A stretch of 64,000 bases of DNA, taken from the NCBI GenBank assembly GCA_030603365.1, contig JAUVXV010000006.1, forward strand, positions 64,001 through 128,000, given 5' to 3'. The DNA is from Candidatus Heimdallarchaeota archaeon. Lineage in GTDB: Archaea; Asgardarchaeota; Heimdallarchaeia; Heimdallarchaeales; Heimdallarchaeaceae. Each line of letters starts with the position of its first letter. Position 1 is the first letter of the stretch. The notes beneath the pieces were generated by a model. The model did no database searches. It was not told where the DNA came from and saw only the letters and a program-made list of their open reading frames with translations. The position numbers were made by a program, and so were the translations under genes. Shown here one piece after another: positions 29,573 to 40,078 of this stretch.

Positions 29573-30922
29573 TCAAAAATGTAAGTTTAAATCATCAAAA
29601 TTGGCAAGATATAGATTTTCCTTTGTTTGTTTGAGTATGCCCTCCTTAGTAAAAGAATTTAATACATTATAATAGGTTGAATAATTCAGAATATTTATTC
29701 CGAAAGGAAAGCTTGCTGCTATAATTTCAGATACTGAAGCTTTTTTAACAGTATATAAATAAAATAAGATAAACTCTTCTACAGTTTGTGTCAAATTACT
29801 CTGAATATGATGCCATTGAGGAACATCATCTTCTGAAGGAATTTGAAGAGCTTTGATCTCTTTTCTTACTACCATTGACCAAAAGTTTTTCACTTGTTCA
29901 TCTGTTGGAAAACCATTGTGAAAATCTTGAAAACAATCTTTCACATGGAGAAACATAAAATAGTAAGCATTTATAGCTCTTTTAATTTCGTAAGCCATAC
30001 TCGTGTATTCTTCCCAAGATGCAGATGAAACATTAGATTCATGAAATAGTGCTCCTCTAACTTTAAACCATCTATCAATATTTCTAAGATAAAAGATTAC
30101 TGTTTTCTCAACATCTAAGGGGATTGTTTTATATTTTTCTTTATAGAGCTCTATGAGTTTTTTAAATTGTATAATTACTTTATCCTTGATTGGCATATAG
30201 GTATTATCTATCGCATCTAGAACATTGTTGTGCACCTGATTGAGCACTTTCTGTTCTGCTTGTATTTCTCCTTCCTTTATTATTTTCTCTATTGCTTGCT
30301 TAGAAAGTTCTTTCATTTTTTCTCGAAAAATACACCAAATACTTGTAGGAGCTTCTATATTTTTTAGCTTAGTATTAATAAAAAGTGATTCTAATGCTAT
30401 GACAATATTCTCAAAAAATTCTATTGAGTGTTTCTCATTATCTAGTGCAATACGGTATTTTCTTAATGATCTAAGAAATCTTTGTATAGATTCATTATCC
30501 TCTTCTTCACTTAATTTATCAATTTTTGTTGTTAGAGTGTGATACAAAGTATGATAATCTTGTGGAAAAACCCTTTGACTTCTATCATAAGAAATACGAA
30601 AACCACCTTCATTTTCTTTTCTTACTAGTGGCATAAAAACTTGAAATGAAGAGGAAAAACCTAGAGCAAAGGCATCCATCAAAGGTGAAAAACTTTTCAT
30701 CACTTTCTTTGTTCTTTCATCACCTGGGATGAAATCTTCTACCATCATTGTTTCTTCATCTTTTTTCAATTTCATCTTAAAACTAATATTGCGTTGAGGT
30801 CTTTCTTCAGTTTGGTATACAATAACTTCAATTTTGGAGAAATCATAAAAGCCTTCAGGAGGTAAATTACCAAAAGGATAACTTCTGAACTCACCTATCA
30901 AAGGACGTTTCTCATCAGACAT
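29573..30922 (-). CDS. HEPN-domain protein (ApeA/MauJ-like) with possible C-terminal wHTH
   Basis: LRKYRIAL...IALESL and R-x4-H motif VRGALFHE. Confidence 0.6.
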   Translation of the reverse strand: MSDEKRPLIGEFRSYPFGNLPPEGFYDFSKIEVIVYQTEERPQRNISFKMKLKKDEETMMVEDFIPGDERTKKVMKSFSPLMDAFALGFSSSFQVFMPLVRKENEGGFRISYDRSQRVFPQDYHTLYHTLTTKIDKLSEEEDNESIQRFLRSLRKYRIALDNEKHSIEFFENIVIALESLFINTKLKNIEAPTSIWCIFREKMKELSKQAIEKIIKEGEIQAEQKVLNQVHNNVLDAIDNTYMPIKDKVIIQFKKLIELYKEKYKTIPLDVEKTVIFYLRNIDRWFKVRGALFHESNVSSASWEEYTSMAYEIKRAINAYYFMFLHVKDCFQDFHNGFPTDEQVKNFWSMVVRKEIKALQIPSEDDVPQWHHIQSNLTQTVEEFILFYLYTVKKASVSEIIAASFPFGINILNYSTYYNVLNSFTKEGILKQTKENLYLANFDDLNLHF

Positions 30923-31568
30923 AGTAACTAGAGTAAATATAGAAATATAAATCTACTCTCTAGCAATCTTTTTAGAATAATGTTTTACACCCTATTATCT
31001 TCCATTTTGGTTATGAATTAAGAATATGATGAACTTTCAGATTCTGATAAACTATAAAAAGAATAGGTCCACTTGTTCAAGATTATCTAAAAACCAGTCT
31101 AGAATCGCTAATTGATGAAATTGAGAATATAATCAGTAATTCTTGTTATGGTTATGATGATATTGCTAAAGCTATTGCAGAAAAAATTGATGGAAAAACT
31201 ATATCTTCTAAACAGTGGTCAACTCTTCTGGACCTATTAATAGTTCAGTAAATGGTGCTGATCCAGATATGGGAGTTTATGAGGAATTGGAAAGTAAGGA
31301 TTATATTTTTGAAGGTTTGAAAATAGCTTATGTTATTATAATCAGTGGTAATATTACAATCCTCATGTAAGCACCTATTCATGTAGAAGTGAAGATTAAT
31401 AATGTAGTGATTAAGAAATGAGCGGTAGTACCTTGAAGAGAATTCCAGAACTATTTATATTTATAAAATCAAATGCAAACTAATTTATCAACATGTTATG
31501 ATTCTTACTTTGGTGCAGAAAAGAGCATTTTTCAACAATGGAGACTTAACAAAATTGGAAAAAACTGC

Positions 31569-32360
31569 TCACAAGCTATTAAATGTTTGAATTAGAATAT
31601 TTAGAATGAATTCCAAATTTTTTTTGTACTTTTTCATATCATCTTTAGTTAAATCGACTTCTATTGTATGAGCACTACTATTTCCTGCCTCTCGATATTT
31701 GTTAAGTTCTTTAATTAAATCATTGTTCAGGGGAGGAAAAACATCAAAATCCTTTTCTTTAATTTTTGAATCTAAATTCTTTATTATAGTGTTAAGTGGT
31801 TTAAACTGTTTTCTATCCGTATTAAAATACAAATTAACATTATCCTTTGTTTTAGAACCATATTTTTTTCTTAAAATTCCAATTACAAGATTTTCAATCA
31901 ATTTTCTTAGAAGAATTAAAACTGCTGAATATATTTCATATGTATATGCCAAATTTATGTCTTTTTGTAGCTTACGATAGAAATCGCTTGGATAAGTATG
32001 AATATTGATGAATTTTTGAAGCTTCTTCTTTTCAGGAACAATTTTTGTAACAGTTTTTACATTTGAAGATCTTTGTGTTTGTGGAATTTGTTGTTCTAAT
32101 TGTGATTTTTTCATTTCGTAATCACGAATTTCCTTTAGATTTCTTTCAACTTCTGGAAGTTCTTGTTTGGAAACAAATCTTCTAAAATTTACATCGTAGT
32201 AATAATTCGCAATAGCAAATGTTGAAATTCTTTTGTCCACAAAACCCAACTCTTTCATTTTTTTGTCAAGAATTCGATGAACATGTCTTGGTGTAATCGG
32301 TTGTTCTGTGTTACTCATTTTTTTGCATAGCTGTTCCATTAATTCCTTTTCTATGTACAT
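31569..32360 (-). CDS. HEPN (DUF4145-like) domain protein with uncharacterised N-terminal domain
   Basis: DINLAY....SAVLILLRKLIENL and REAGNSSAH motif. Confidence 0.65.
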   Translation of the reverse strand: MYIEKELMEQLCKKMSNTEQPITPRHVHRILDKKMKELGFVDKRISTFAIANYYYDVNFRRFVSKQELPEVERNLKEIRDYEMKKSQLEQQIPQTQRSSNVKTVTKIVPEKKKLQKFINIHTYPSDFYRKLQKDINLAYTYEIYSAVLILLRKLIENLVIGILRKKYGSKTKDNVNLYFNTDRKQFKPLNTIIKNLDSKIKEKDFDVFPPLNNDLIKELNKYREAGNSSAHTIEVDLTKDDMKKYKKNLEFILNILIQTFNSL

Positions 32361-32391
32361 ATTAAATCACTTAGCCTGCAATCACGTTTTT

Positions 32392-32751
32392 CTATATAGA
32401 TATACTAGATATAATTAATAAATCAATTAAGGAATCAATAGAAATTGGATATTTTTCCTTTCCTCTTAATATCCCAAATACAATTTTTTCTGCAACCATT
32501 GCTTGAATATGTTCTGAGATTGTTGGTTTGCTCTTCTTCAGTATTTTTGAAATATCAGTATTATTATTTGACCCATTACATAAATCCCAAACAGCTTTTT
32601 TTGCTTTACTTGAAGTTGTATTAGTAATTCTATCCGCAATATTTTTTCGGTAATCCATTAAAGAACTTAGCAATAATGCATTTGATATTTTCTCTAGATT
32701 TTGAGAAAGAATTTCTAAAATTCTAGAAGTATGTTTCTCTGAATCATTCAA
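32392..32751 (-). CDS. Winged HTH protein (ArsR-like)
   Basis: NNTDISKILKKSKPTISEHIQAM..EKIV. Confidence 0.65.
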   Translation of the reverse strand: MNDSEKHTSRILEILSQNLEKISNALLLSSLMDYRKNIADRITNTTSSKAKKAVWDLCNGSNNNTDISKILKKSKPTISEHIQAMVAEKIVFGILRGKEKYPISIDSLIDLLIISSISI

Positions 32752-32974
32752 TTTCTTCTTCTCCTTTTACTTTGCTTTTGTCTGTCCTCATTCTGGATAT
32801 AGTCATCCCTACTGCTGTTTTGGTAGTGTTTAAAATTACTGCTACATCAGTATTTGAAAATCCCATTGCATGTAGTAGCCATATTTTTTGTTTTTTATCT
32901 TCTATATCTTTTATAGTAAAAATCGCAAATGTTTTAGCTAAAATGTTTAAACTCTCTGATAGCTCCTCATTCAT
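32744..32974 (-). CDS. Small HTH protein (sigma70 region 4-like)
   Basis: GFSNTDVAVILNTTKTAVGMTISRMR; 8-nt overlaps on both sides. Confidence 0.65.
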   Translation of the reverse strand: MNEELSESLNILAKTFAIFTIKDIEDKKQKIWLLHAMGFSNTDVAVILNTTKTAVGMTISRMRTDKSKVKGEEEIE

Positions 32975-33455
32975 TCAAATCTTCTCCTTGTCTTTCATTT
33001 TGATAATCTTTCAATTCTAAATTTAGTTTTTCTAAAATATAGTTTAATCCTTCTGTGGTTAATACTATTTTTTCACTTTCAGTTGTTTCTATGTAATCTG
33101 TTCTGTCTCTTATTATGCCGCGTAATGAGCTCTGGCTTATATTATAGCTCCAAATTTCACTTCTGGATGTTTCAAAGGAGTGATTGTTAAATAATATTAA
33201 TAAAACTCTTTCCCATAATGCCCAGGTATTTTCATTATAGTGAATTATCAATTCTTGTGGCAATATAGAATATATTTGCGAAAACTTATCTCTTAACTCA
33301 AAAATAGAATTAATTCTATACAGAAAATCAGCCATTCTATAGAAATCTTCCTGTTCTTTACTTAATTCTTCAAAAGAATCAACTCCAATTTTGATTTCAG
33401 CTGATTTTGTATTAAAGCTAATACTTATTTTTTTTATTTCATTCTCTTCTCTCAC
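32967..33455 (-). CDS. Hypothetical protein, possible C-terminal wHTH
   Basis: 162-aa ORF with a LTTEGLNY wing-like motif; overlaps the next gene. Confidence 0.5.
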   Translation of the reverse strand: MREENEIKKISISFNTKSAEIKIGVDSFEELSKEQEDFYRMADFLYRINSIFELRDKFSQIYSILPQELIIHYNENTWALWERVLLILFNNHSFETSRSEIWSYNISQSSLRGIIRDRTDYIETTESEKIVLTTEGLNYILEKLNLELKDYQNERQGEDLNE

Positions 33456-33790
33456 TTAATTCTCATCCCCTAAACTACTAAAATTGATTTTGTAATCAAT
33501 TCATCCTATAAAGATAATTCTTTATTTTATAAATTCACCTGAATCAATGGTAATTAGATATATCATTGAAATACTATTATGATAAGAGTAAGCAAGATCC
33601 TTTAATAAATGGAATCTTAAAGCATAAATACTAGACATCGATTTTAGATAAAGAAGAATCACTTAAAGGTATTTTCAAAATGAATTAAAATGGTAATAAA
33701 TGTTTGAAATTATACTATTTTCTTTCAACTAAAGAAAATTTAAGAATGCTTTCTGTAGCTTTTGATTAAATTATTAATAATAAAGTATCA

Positions 33791-34402
33791 TTGAAGGTTG
33801 AAATTATGGATTTAATGCAATTGTTTAAAGGATTTATAAGAAATTATTCTACTTTAATGTTTCATAGAGAAGACAGAACATTGAAGAAATTCACAGAAAG
33901 AGAGCTAGGTTTTTTTGCAAAAGCTGGAGAAATGATGGGATATTACACTTTTCAAGAAGAAAAAGTAGAAATAAAAGGTAAAAAAAGACATGCTGATTTG
34001 GTATGGACCACATATAATCATGAGATAGAAGAATACTCTTTTCTGCTTCATTTGGAGCATGAAAATGATTTATCAGTAAAAGAAACTTTGGAACAAAAAC
34101 TATCAAATAGTCCTAATCTCATAGCAATTAACTGGTCTAAACCTGAAGATTATCCAACAAATATTTTATCAGCAAAAGATAAATTCAAAGAATCAGAAGA
34201 TATTAAAAGAATACTTCTCATTTTACAAACTAAGCTTAGTGAAGTGTTTCTATTGCATGCCATTGAGTTTACAAGAAAAAAGAGAGACATAGAACTCAGA
34301 GAATGTGATGCTCTAATAAAACAAGATGAAGCTGGTTTCTTCTATGGATTATTAAAAACAGAGATAGATACTTCTCAATGGGAAGAATTGATTTCTTTGT
34401 AG
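33791..34402 (+). CDS. Putative PD-(D/E)xK-fold nuclease-like protein
   Basis: E...ADLVW...LHLEHEN variant of the D...ExK motif. Confidence 0.5.
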   Translation: MKVEIMDLMQLFKGFIRNYSTLMFHREDRTLKKFTERELGFFAKAGEMMGYYTFQEEKVEIKGKKRHADLVWTTYNHEIEEYSFLLHLEHENDLSVKETLEQKLSNSPNLIAINWSKPEDYPTNILSAKDKFKESEDIKRILLILQTKLSEVFLLHAIEFTRKKRDIELRECDALIKQDEAGFFYGLLKTEIDTSQWEELISL

Positions 34403-34436
34403 GTTATGGATAAGATCTCAAGTTTTTATATAGCAT

Positions 34437-34724
34437 CCATAAATCTTTTTCTGGCTCATAGTCACTCATTTTCCCGAATAAAGAATATTTTCTGTTGATA
34501 ACATTCCTAGATGTATCAGACATCTTTTGAACGTGAAAACTGTTGAATGAGTTATTGTTTCTCTTAAAACTCTCACTTCTTCACAGATACTCTTTTCGTC
34601 CACCTTCTGATACATTCTCAATACTTCTTCTTTCTTATTCTTTTGACAGAAGAGATTTATGAACAGATTTGGTTTATCTTTACTATTTCTTCTACTAACT
34701 CCTTAAAACTCATCTCTTTCCTTT
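34437..34724 (-). pseudogene. Degraded copy of the 3' end of the 38684-39844 gene
   Basis: Near-identical to 36265-36555 and similar to 38700-38985, with small deletions causing frameshifts. Confidence 0.85.
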
Positions 34725-35067
34725 CCAATAGGATTCCTTTTTTAGGAGGTTGTATTCTTCTAACTTTGAATAAAATGTACCTGAATAAACCATTTTCTTT
34801 CCTGAAATCATTAATATCCTAATCCTATCTATGAATCTAATGATTTTTTCCTTGGTTCCTATGTGATGCTTAATCCTCTTGGTCGTTTCTTTAAGAACTC
34901 TAATGGTTTCATTGAAACAGTCGATCTATTCTAGAAGTAGACCCTTTAGAAGCTCTAGAAGAAGTTGATTGGGGTAGAGAAAAATGCCTAAGTAGAGGAG
35001 GGATTTATGATTGGTAAAAGAAATTGAGTTCTTAGTTCTTTTAGATTAATTTCTTGTTCCTAGTTTT

Positions 35068-35466
35068 CTAACTCAAGAGTATTTTTGTTATTATTTTATA
35101 AATAAATTGGATAGTTCGATATGGGAAATTACTATAAGTTTTATTTTCGAAATTATCTCCTGTTACTTCTTTAGAAATTTTTACACCAAAGGTTGTTACT
35201 TCCCATAATACTTTGTGTACTTCCATTTCCAATTGCTGGATATCTTGAAAATATTCATTAATCCTCTCCTGTAAAGATGGAGCTTTGAAGGAAACTCCAA
35301 TGATTATAGGAGTTTGTTGCAGATGAGGTATTCTCTTTTGTAAGAAGCTGTTCCATCTGTACTTAAAGAAATCAAGTCTTTCAAAACACAATTCTGAATT
35401 TCTTATTTCTTTCAATTCTCTTCTGAATATCATTATCATATTTATTATCTTTTTTTTATTGTTCAT
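35068..35466 (-). CDS. Hypothetical protein
   Basis: 132-aa ORF only. Confidence 0.4.
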   Translation of the reverse strand: MNNKKKIINMIMIFRRELKEIRNSELCFERLDFFKYRWNSFLQKRIPHLQQTPIIIGVSFKAPSLQERINEYFQDIQQLEMEVHKVLWEVTTFGVKISKEVTGDNFENKTYSNFPYRTIQFIYKIITKILLS

Positions 35467-35611
35467 GTGTTCTCAGTAAACTTATAGATAAAAAAGCATA
35501 TAAGGAAATGAATCTTTTTGAATTTCTTAATTAGACATCAAGAAAAGGTCAAAAATGGCAAACTAGAATATCATAAATGTTGAAATATAACTATGTGTGT
35601 AGTTAGAATGG

Positions 35612-36013
35612 GTGTTAAGATTGCCAAGGATAAAGAAAGAAAAGCAAAAAAGAATTATTAATAGTTTTAGAAGATATCTTAAAGGTTATGTGAATTTGGA
35701 TTTTACTCATATAAATGAAGAAATTTCTAAAATAAAACTTAAGTTACATATACCTGGATCGAAAATGATTCTTTGCTTAAGATGTGGAGAGATTGGTACT
35801 GATAAACAGATGTTATTAAAACTCGCAAATAATCATTTCCATCTTTGTAAAGAAAGAGACACAATAATTAATGTTCCATGTTCTATATATGTAAGAACTT
35901 CATTTTTAAGGATTGAAAAAGTTTTAACAAACAAAATTAAGTCAGACGAATATCATTTATTAAAACATGAAAATTTGGATGATGATACTGAAATCTGCGT
36001 ATCACATGAATAA
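35612..36013 (+). CDS. Hypothetical protein with possible Zn finger
   Basis: CLRCG...HFHLC. Confidence 0.45.
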   Translation: MLRLPRIKKEKQKRIINSFRRYLKGYVNLDFTHINEEISKIKLKLHIPGSKMILCLRCGEIGTDKQMLLKLANNHFHLCKERDTIINVPCSIYVRTSFLRIEKVLTNKIKSDEYHLLKHENLDDDTEICVSHE

Positions 36014-36243
36014 ATAGTTGTGTGAAAAAGAATGAAAATCAAGGAATCATTCAAATAGTTACAAACTAGAAGCGGTGTACAGCTTGATTTTTTTTAGTGA
36101 ATAAATCCATAACTAAGCTTTTGATTTTTTATCATTAACCTCCTTTGAGAAAATTAACTAAGTTTGTATTATTTCTATAACCATTCTTTCTAACTAATTT
36201 TTCGTGTTTGTCATCATTTCTAAAACAACAATTTCTGTTTTGA

Positions 36244-36780
36244 TTACAATGAAGTTTCTAGAAACCATAAATCCTCTTCTAGATCATAGTCACTCATTTT
36301 TCCTGAATGTAGAATATTTTTTGTTGATAATATTCCTAGATGTATCAGATGTTTCTTAAATGTAAAAACTGTTGAATGAGTTATTTTTTCTCTTAAAACT
36401 CTCTCTTCCTCATAGATACTCTTTTCTTCACCCTTTTGATACATTCTCAATACTTCTTCTTTCTTGTTCTTTTGACAGAAAAGATTTATGAACAGATTTG
36501 GTTTATTCTTTACTATTTCTTCTACTAACTCCTTAAAACTCATCTCTTTCCTTTTCTGCTTTTCAAACACTTTCAGTAATTCCATAAACAGCTCATTTTT
36601 GTTATACAATAATTTCAACGTTATAGCTATCTCTGGATACTCTGTCATCAGTGATACTCCCTTCTTTCTACTCATTTCTTTCTTTATCGCTTCCAATTCC
36701 TCTAAACTATCTAATCCTCTAACTGTAAAGTATTCCTTATAATCTAATATGATATACCCTATAGAATTTGATAGAATCAT
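36244..36780 (-). pseudogene. Orphan C-terminal fragment of the 38684-39844 gene (open frame, unrelated first about 22 aa)
   Basis: Shares SRKKGVSLMTEYPEIAITLK...ITHSTVFTFKKHLIHLGILST with the intact gene. Confidence 0.8.
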
Positions 36781-36840
36781 TGAGTATGTTTAGAAAAATT
36801 AATAATGAGTTTTTAATATATATATTGTAGGTTATTAGAA

Positions 36841-37743
36841 ATGTTTACCAAGAAACAGGTTGATATTGTTAGAAGATTGGAGAATTTTTCGCAGATCTAT
36901 GCTCACTATGCTCTTGAAGGTGAAAAACCAAAAAAAGAGCAATTTGAAGAAGATAATAACTATTTAGCTTTGCTTTTATTTATTAAATATGCTTATGAAA
37001 GGAATATTGATCTTACAAATTATAGAACTTGTGCCTTGGATACATTAGAACAATATAGGAAGAAAATTAACTGGACAAAATCTCTCTATCATAAAGCTGT
37101 GGAAGATATCTGGAAAACTTACCAAGAGATTGCAAAGAAAAAGTATGAAGGATTGAAAGTTAATGAAAAAAATAATCCAATGAATTCTAAAGAAGGGGTA
37201 CTAAATCGTCTCTCAGAAGAATCTATCATAAATTTAACAAAATATGCAAGAAAAAAATTAATTGAACAAAATACTCAAGAAATATATGATTTCATCTGTA
37301 GTATAAGAGGTGTTAAATATAAAATTGCTTCTTTCTATTTACGGGATCTAGCATTTTTCCTTGAAATAGATGAAAATCAAATCAAAGATCTTTACCTCTT
37401 GCAACCTATTGATATATGGTTAGAGAGGGTAGGTAAAATACTTTTTAAGGAATGGAAACCAATTTCATATTCAAAAAAAGTAATTGTTGAAAAACAAAAA
37501 AAAATACTTACTCTTTGTAAACAAGCTGAGGTTTCATCTATTTCTTTCAATCAGGGCACTTGGGAATTTGGAGCAAGAATAGCCAAATCTGAAAGGAAAT
37601 TCGAAAAAGCTCTCAATAATGAAGATTATATGGAAGATCTAGTCAAATATCGAAAGGATGAACTAAGGGACGAAATAACAAGATATGAAGAATGGATGAA
37701 AGATAATGAGAATTATTTAAATTTACTTCAAAAACGAAATTGA
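36841..37743 (+). CDS. HhH-GPD-like DNA glycosylase/lyase family protein
   Basis: IRGVKYKIASFYLRD helix-hairpin-helix with Lys, followed by QPIDIWLERV (catalytic Asp position). Confidence 0.6.
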   Translation: MFTKKQVDIVRRLENFSQIYAHYALEGEKPKKEQFEEDNNYLALLLFIKYAYERNIDLTNYRTCALDTLEQYRKKINWTKSLYHKAVEDIWKTYQEIAKKKYEGLKVNEKNNPMNSKEGVLNRLSEESIINLTKYARKKLIEQNTQEIYDFICSIRGVKYKIASFYLRDLAFFLEIDENQIKDLYLLQPIDIWLERVGKILFKEWKPISYSKKVIVEKQKKILTLCKQAEVSSISFNQGTWEFGARIAKSERKFEKALNNEDYMEDLVKYRKDELRDEITRYEEWMKDNENYLNLLQKRN

Positions 37744-37875
37744 TTACAAATATCTATGAAACAATATGAAGAAAGTGAATGAGCTCTTCAATGTACCGAT
37801 AAATAATTATCTTACAGTTAATTCTGGATTTTCTTCTGTTTTTCCCTGATTTTTCCAATAGTTTAAGCTCTGGAT

Positions 37876-38060
37876 TGGAATGACATAGTTTATACAGATA
37901 TATTCAACCAATTTTTATAAACGAGAAAATTCATACCACAATAAACACATTCTAAGCCATACTACCTAAAAACAGGTATGCCATAATCTTTTCTTGAAGA
38001 ACCTTTGTAGATAATTTCACCTTATAGTCTTTTTCCTTCATATTTATCAAATGGATTCAT
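37876..38060 (-). pseudogene. HNH endonuclease relic
   Basis: MNPFDKYEGKRL*GE..GSSRKDYGIPVFR*YGLECVYCG...WLNISV, then YVIP in another frame; in-frame stops and a frameshift. Confidence 0.55.
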
Positions 38061-38077
38061 ATCAAAACCATCTTACA

Positions 38078-38665
38078 TCACTCTTTTAATCTTAAATCCT
38101 CTTGTTCCAATTCTTTGTCTTTGAGTAAATCAATTACTCTTATTTTTTCCCCTAAATATCTTTTCCATCCTACGGCTTCTTTAACGAGTTTTGAATGTTC
38201 TTCTTTTTCTATTACACAAGCAATAACAATCTCAAGCGAAGAAATAACATGTCTACTGTCAGTTGGATTTTTAATAATCTCATTTATTATCTTCTTTTTC
38301 TCATAAACATGTTCGTGTCTTAACCTCTGATATAATTCCTTCCCTCTTTTCCCTTCTTCTAAATTCGTTAAATAGCATTCAATTGCTTCAGTTGTCCAAT
38401 ACCTTTGACCTGAATACTTAGTATCTTTTCTAGGACCAGGAGATTCTGTTATTTTCCATATCCACGTGTCAATTATATCATCTATAACCCAATCAATAAT
38501 AATATCTTGAGGTATATTCTTAGCAAGATAGACTATATTTTTAGTTGCTAAGTCAGTAATAAAACACTTCTTAGCTAAATACTCTTCGTATATTTCTTTT
38601 GTTTTATTAAATAATATTTCTTCCTTCTCATTTCTAATTAGATATTGCTTCATTTTAAGACACAC
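38078..38665 (-). CDS. Hypothetical protein, possible HNH-like (HEHV) nuclease
   Basis: LRHEHVYE...CVIEKEEH..L...GWKRY pattern. Confidence 0.45.
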   Translation of the reverse strand: MCLKMKQYLIRNEKEEILFNKTKEIYEEYLAKKCFITDLATKNIVYLAKNIPQDIIIDWVIDDIIDTWIWKITESPGPRKDTKYSGQRYWTTEAIECYLTNLEEGKRGKELYQRLRHEHVYEKKKIINEIIKNPTDSRHVISSLEIVIACVIEKEEHSKLVKEAVGWKRYLGEKIRVIDLLKDKELEQEDLRLKE

Positions 38666-38683
38666 TCTTTATTACTTATTTAC

Positions 38684-39844
38684 TTAAGATAAAATCCACG
38701 AATCTTCATCAGACTTATATTCGATTAGTTTTCCAGAATATATTGTGTTCTCTGTCGATAATATGCCTAGATGTATCAGATGTTTCTTGAACGTGAAAAC
38801 GGTCGAATGAGTTATTTTTTCTCTTAAAACTCTCTCTTCTTCATAGATACTCTTCTCTTCGCCCTTCTGATACATTAGCAGCACTTCTTCTTTCTTATTC
38901 TTTGGACAGAAGAGGCTTATGAACATATTTGGTTTATTCTTTACTATTTCTTCTACTAACTCCTTAAAGCTCATCTCTCTCCTTTTCTGCTTTTCAAATA
39001 CTTTCAGTAATTCCATAAACAGCTCATTTTTGTTATATAGCATTTTCAACGTTATCGCTATTTCTGGATACTCTGTCATCAACGATACTCCCTTCTTTCT
39101 ACTCGTCTCTTTCTTTATCTCTTCTAACTTCTCTAAACTATCTATCTCTTCTAATTGCATGATTTTCTTTAAAACGAACCCTTCATCTGTTATCCTTACC
39201 TCTCCCCCTTGTTCCTTTATCAAACCTATTATTATTGCACCTCTAACTAACTCTGAAGTGTTTTGAATATTGTAATCCTGAAGTTTCTCTTCTACTGTTC
39301 TTTTTTCAACCCAATTCGAATCTATGAACAGTATAGGAGCTAGATAGTTTACTATGTGATTTCTTGTTAAATCTGTTAATCTTTTCTGGGAAGAGACCAT
39401 ATCTTTGCTTAGAATGAATAACTCTCTTCTTGTATCATCTATAAAATGAGCTCTAAATTGTTCTATTGGATCTATCTTCCTTACTTCTTTTTCTGAAACC
39501 AATATTGAACCTATATTCCCTTGTTTTAAAGCTACATCAAATCTAGTCAAAGATTCTTTTTCAGCTGCTAGATAGACGACATTTGAACCCTCTTTGTATG
39601 TTAAAGCTTGTCCTATACCTTTCTGAATATCCTTTGTTCCTTTAGCTTCAATAGCGATTATATCTTCAAACTGATTGAAACCTATCAAATCAGGAATAAA
39701 TCCTTTAATTGTTATATTATGTCTAGGATAGTCTTTAGGATGAAGTTTTGCATAAGCTGGGTGGTTATCTATCCATAACTGATAGTTTGATTCTTCAAAT
39801 AAGAAATCGAATGTTCGTTTAACTACTTCTACTTCTTCCATCAC
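38684..39844 (-). CDS. PD-(D/E)xK nuclease fused to wHTH-like domains
   Basis: PDLIG...IAIEAKG...GIGQALTY; ITDEG wing motif. Confidence 0.7.
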   Translation of the reverse strand: MMEEVEVVKRTFDFLFEESNYQLWIDNHPAYAKLHPKDYPRHNITIKGFIPDLIGFNQFEDIIAIEAKGTKDIQKGIGQALTYKEGSNVVYLAAEKESLTRFDVALKQGNIGSILVSEKEVRKIDPIEQFRAHFIDDTRRELFILSKDMVSSQKRLTDLTRNHIVNYLAPILFIDSNWVEKRTVEEKLQDYNIQNTSELVRGAIIIGLIKEQGGEVRITDEGFVLKKIMQLEEIDSLEKLEEIKKETSRKKGVSLMTEYPEIAITLKMLYNKNELFMELLKVFEKQKRREMSFKELVEEIVKNKPNMFISLFCPKNKKEEVLLMYQKGEEKSIYEEERVLREKITHSTVFTFKKHLIHLGILSTENTIYSGKLIEYKSDEDSWILS

Positions 39845-40078
39845 GAATGATAAAAGCAGGCTAATATAAATAATTCTGAAATTGATTGAGAATGGTAATT
39901 TCTTTCATGAAAATTACAATTTTTATTAAAAATTAAATAGTTTAAATAATTGTTATGAATCACACACTCGTGACTCAGGAAAATTTGTTTCAAGAAGTAA
40001 TTTATAAAATAAAACCTTCAGAAGCTGAAAGAGAAAAAACCAGAGGTCACGCAACTTAAAGATAATGGAGATTATATC

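Noticed and set aside
31020-31560. Possible decayed coding sequence on the + strand
   Set aside because: It has coding-like stretches with many stops but no recognisable family, so it is not supportable as a feature.
39955-40059. 34-codon ORF (…IKPSEAEREK…) resembling the start of a CCA/CD-NTase enzyme
   Set aside because: Too short, and no catalytic motif follows in any frame I could read.
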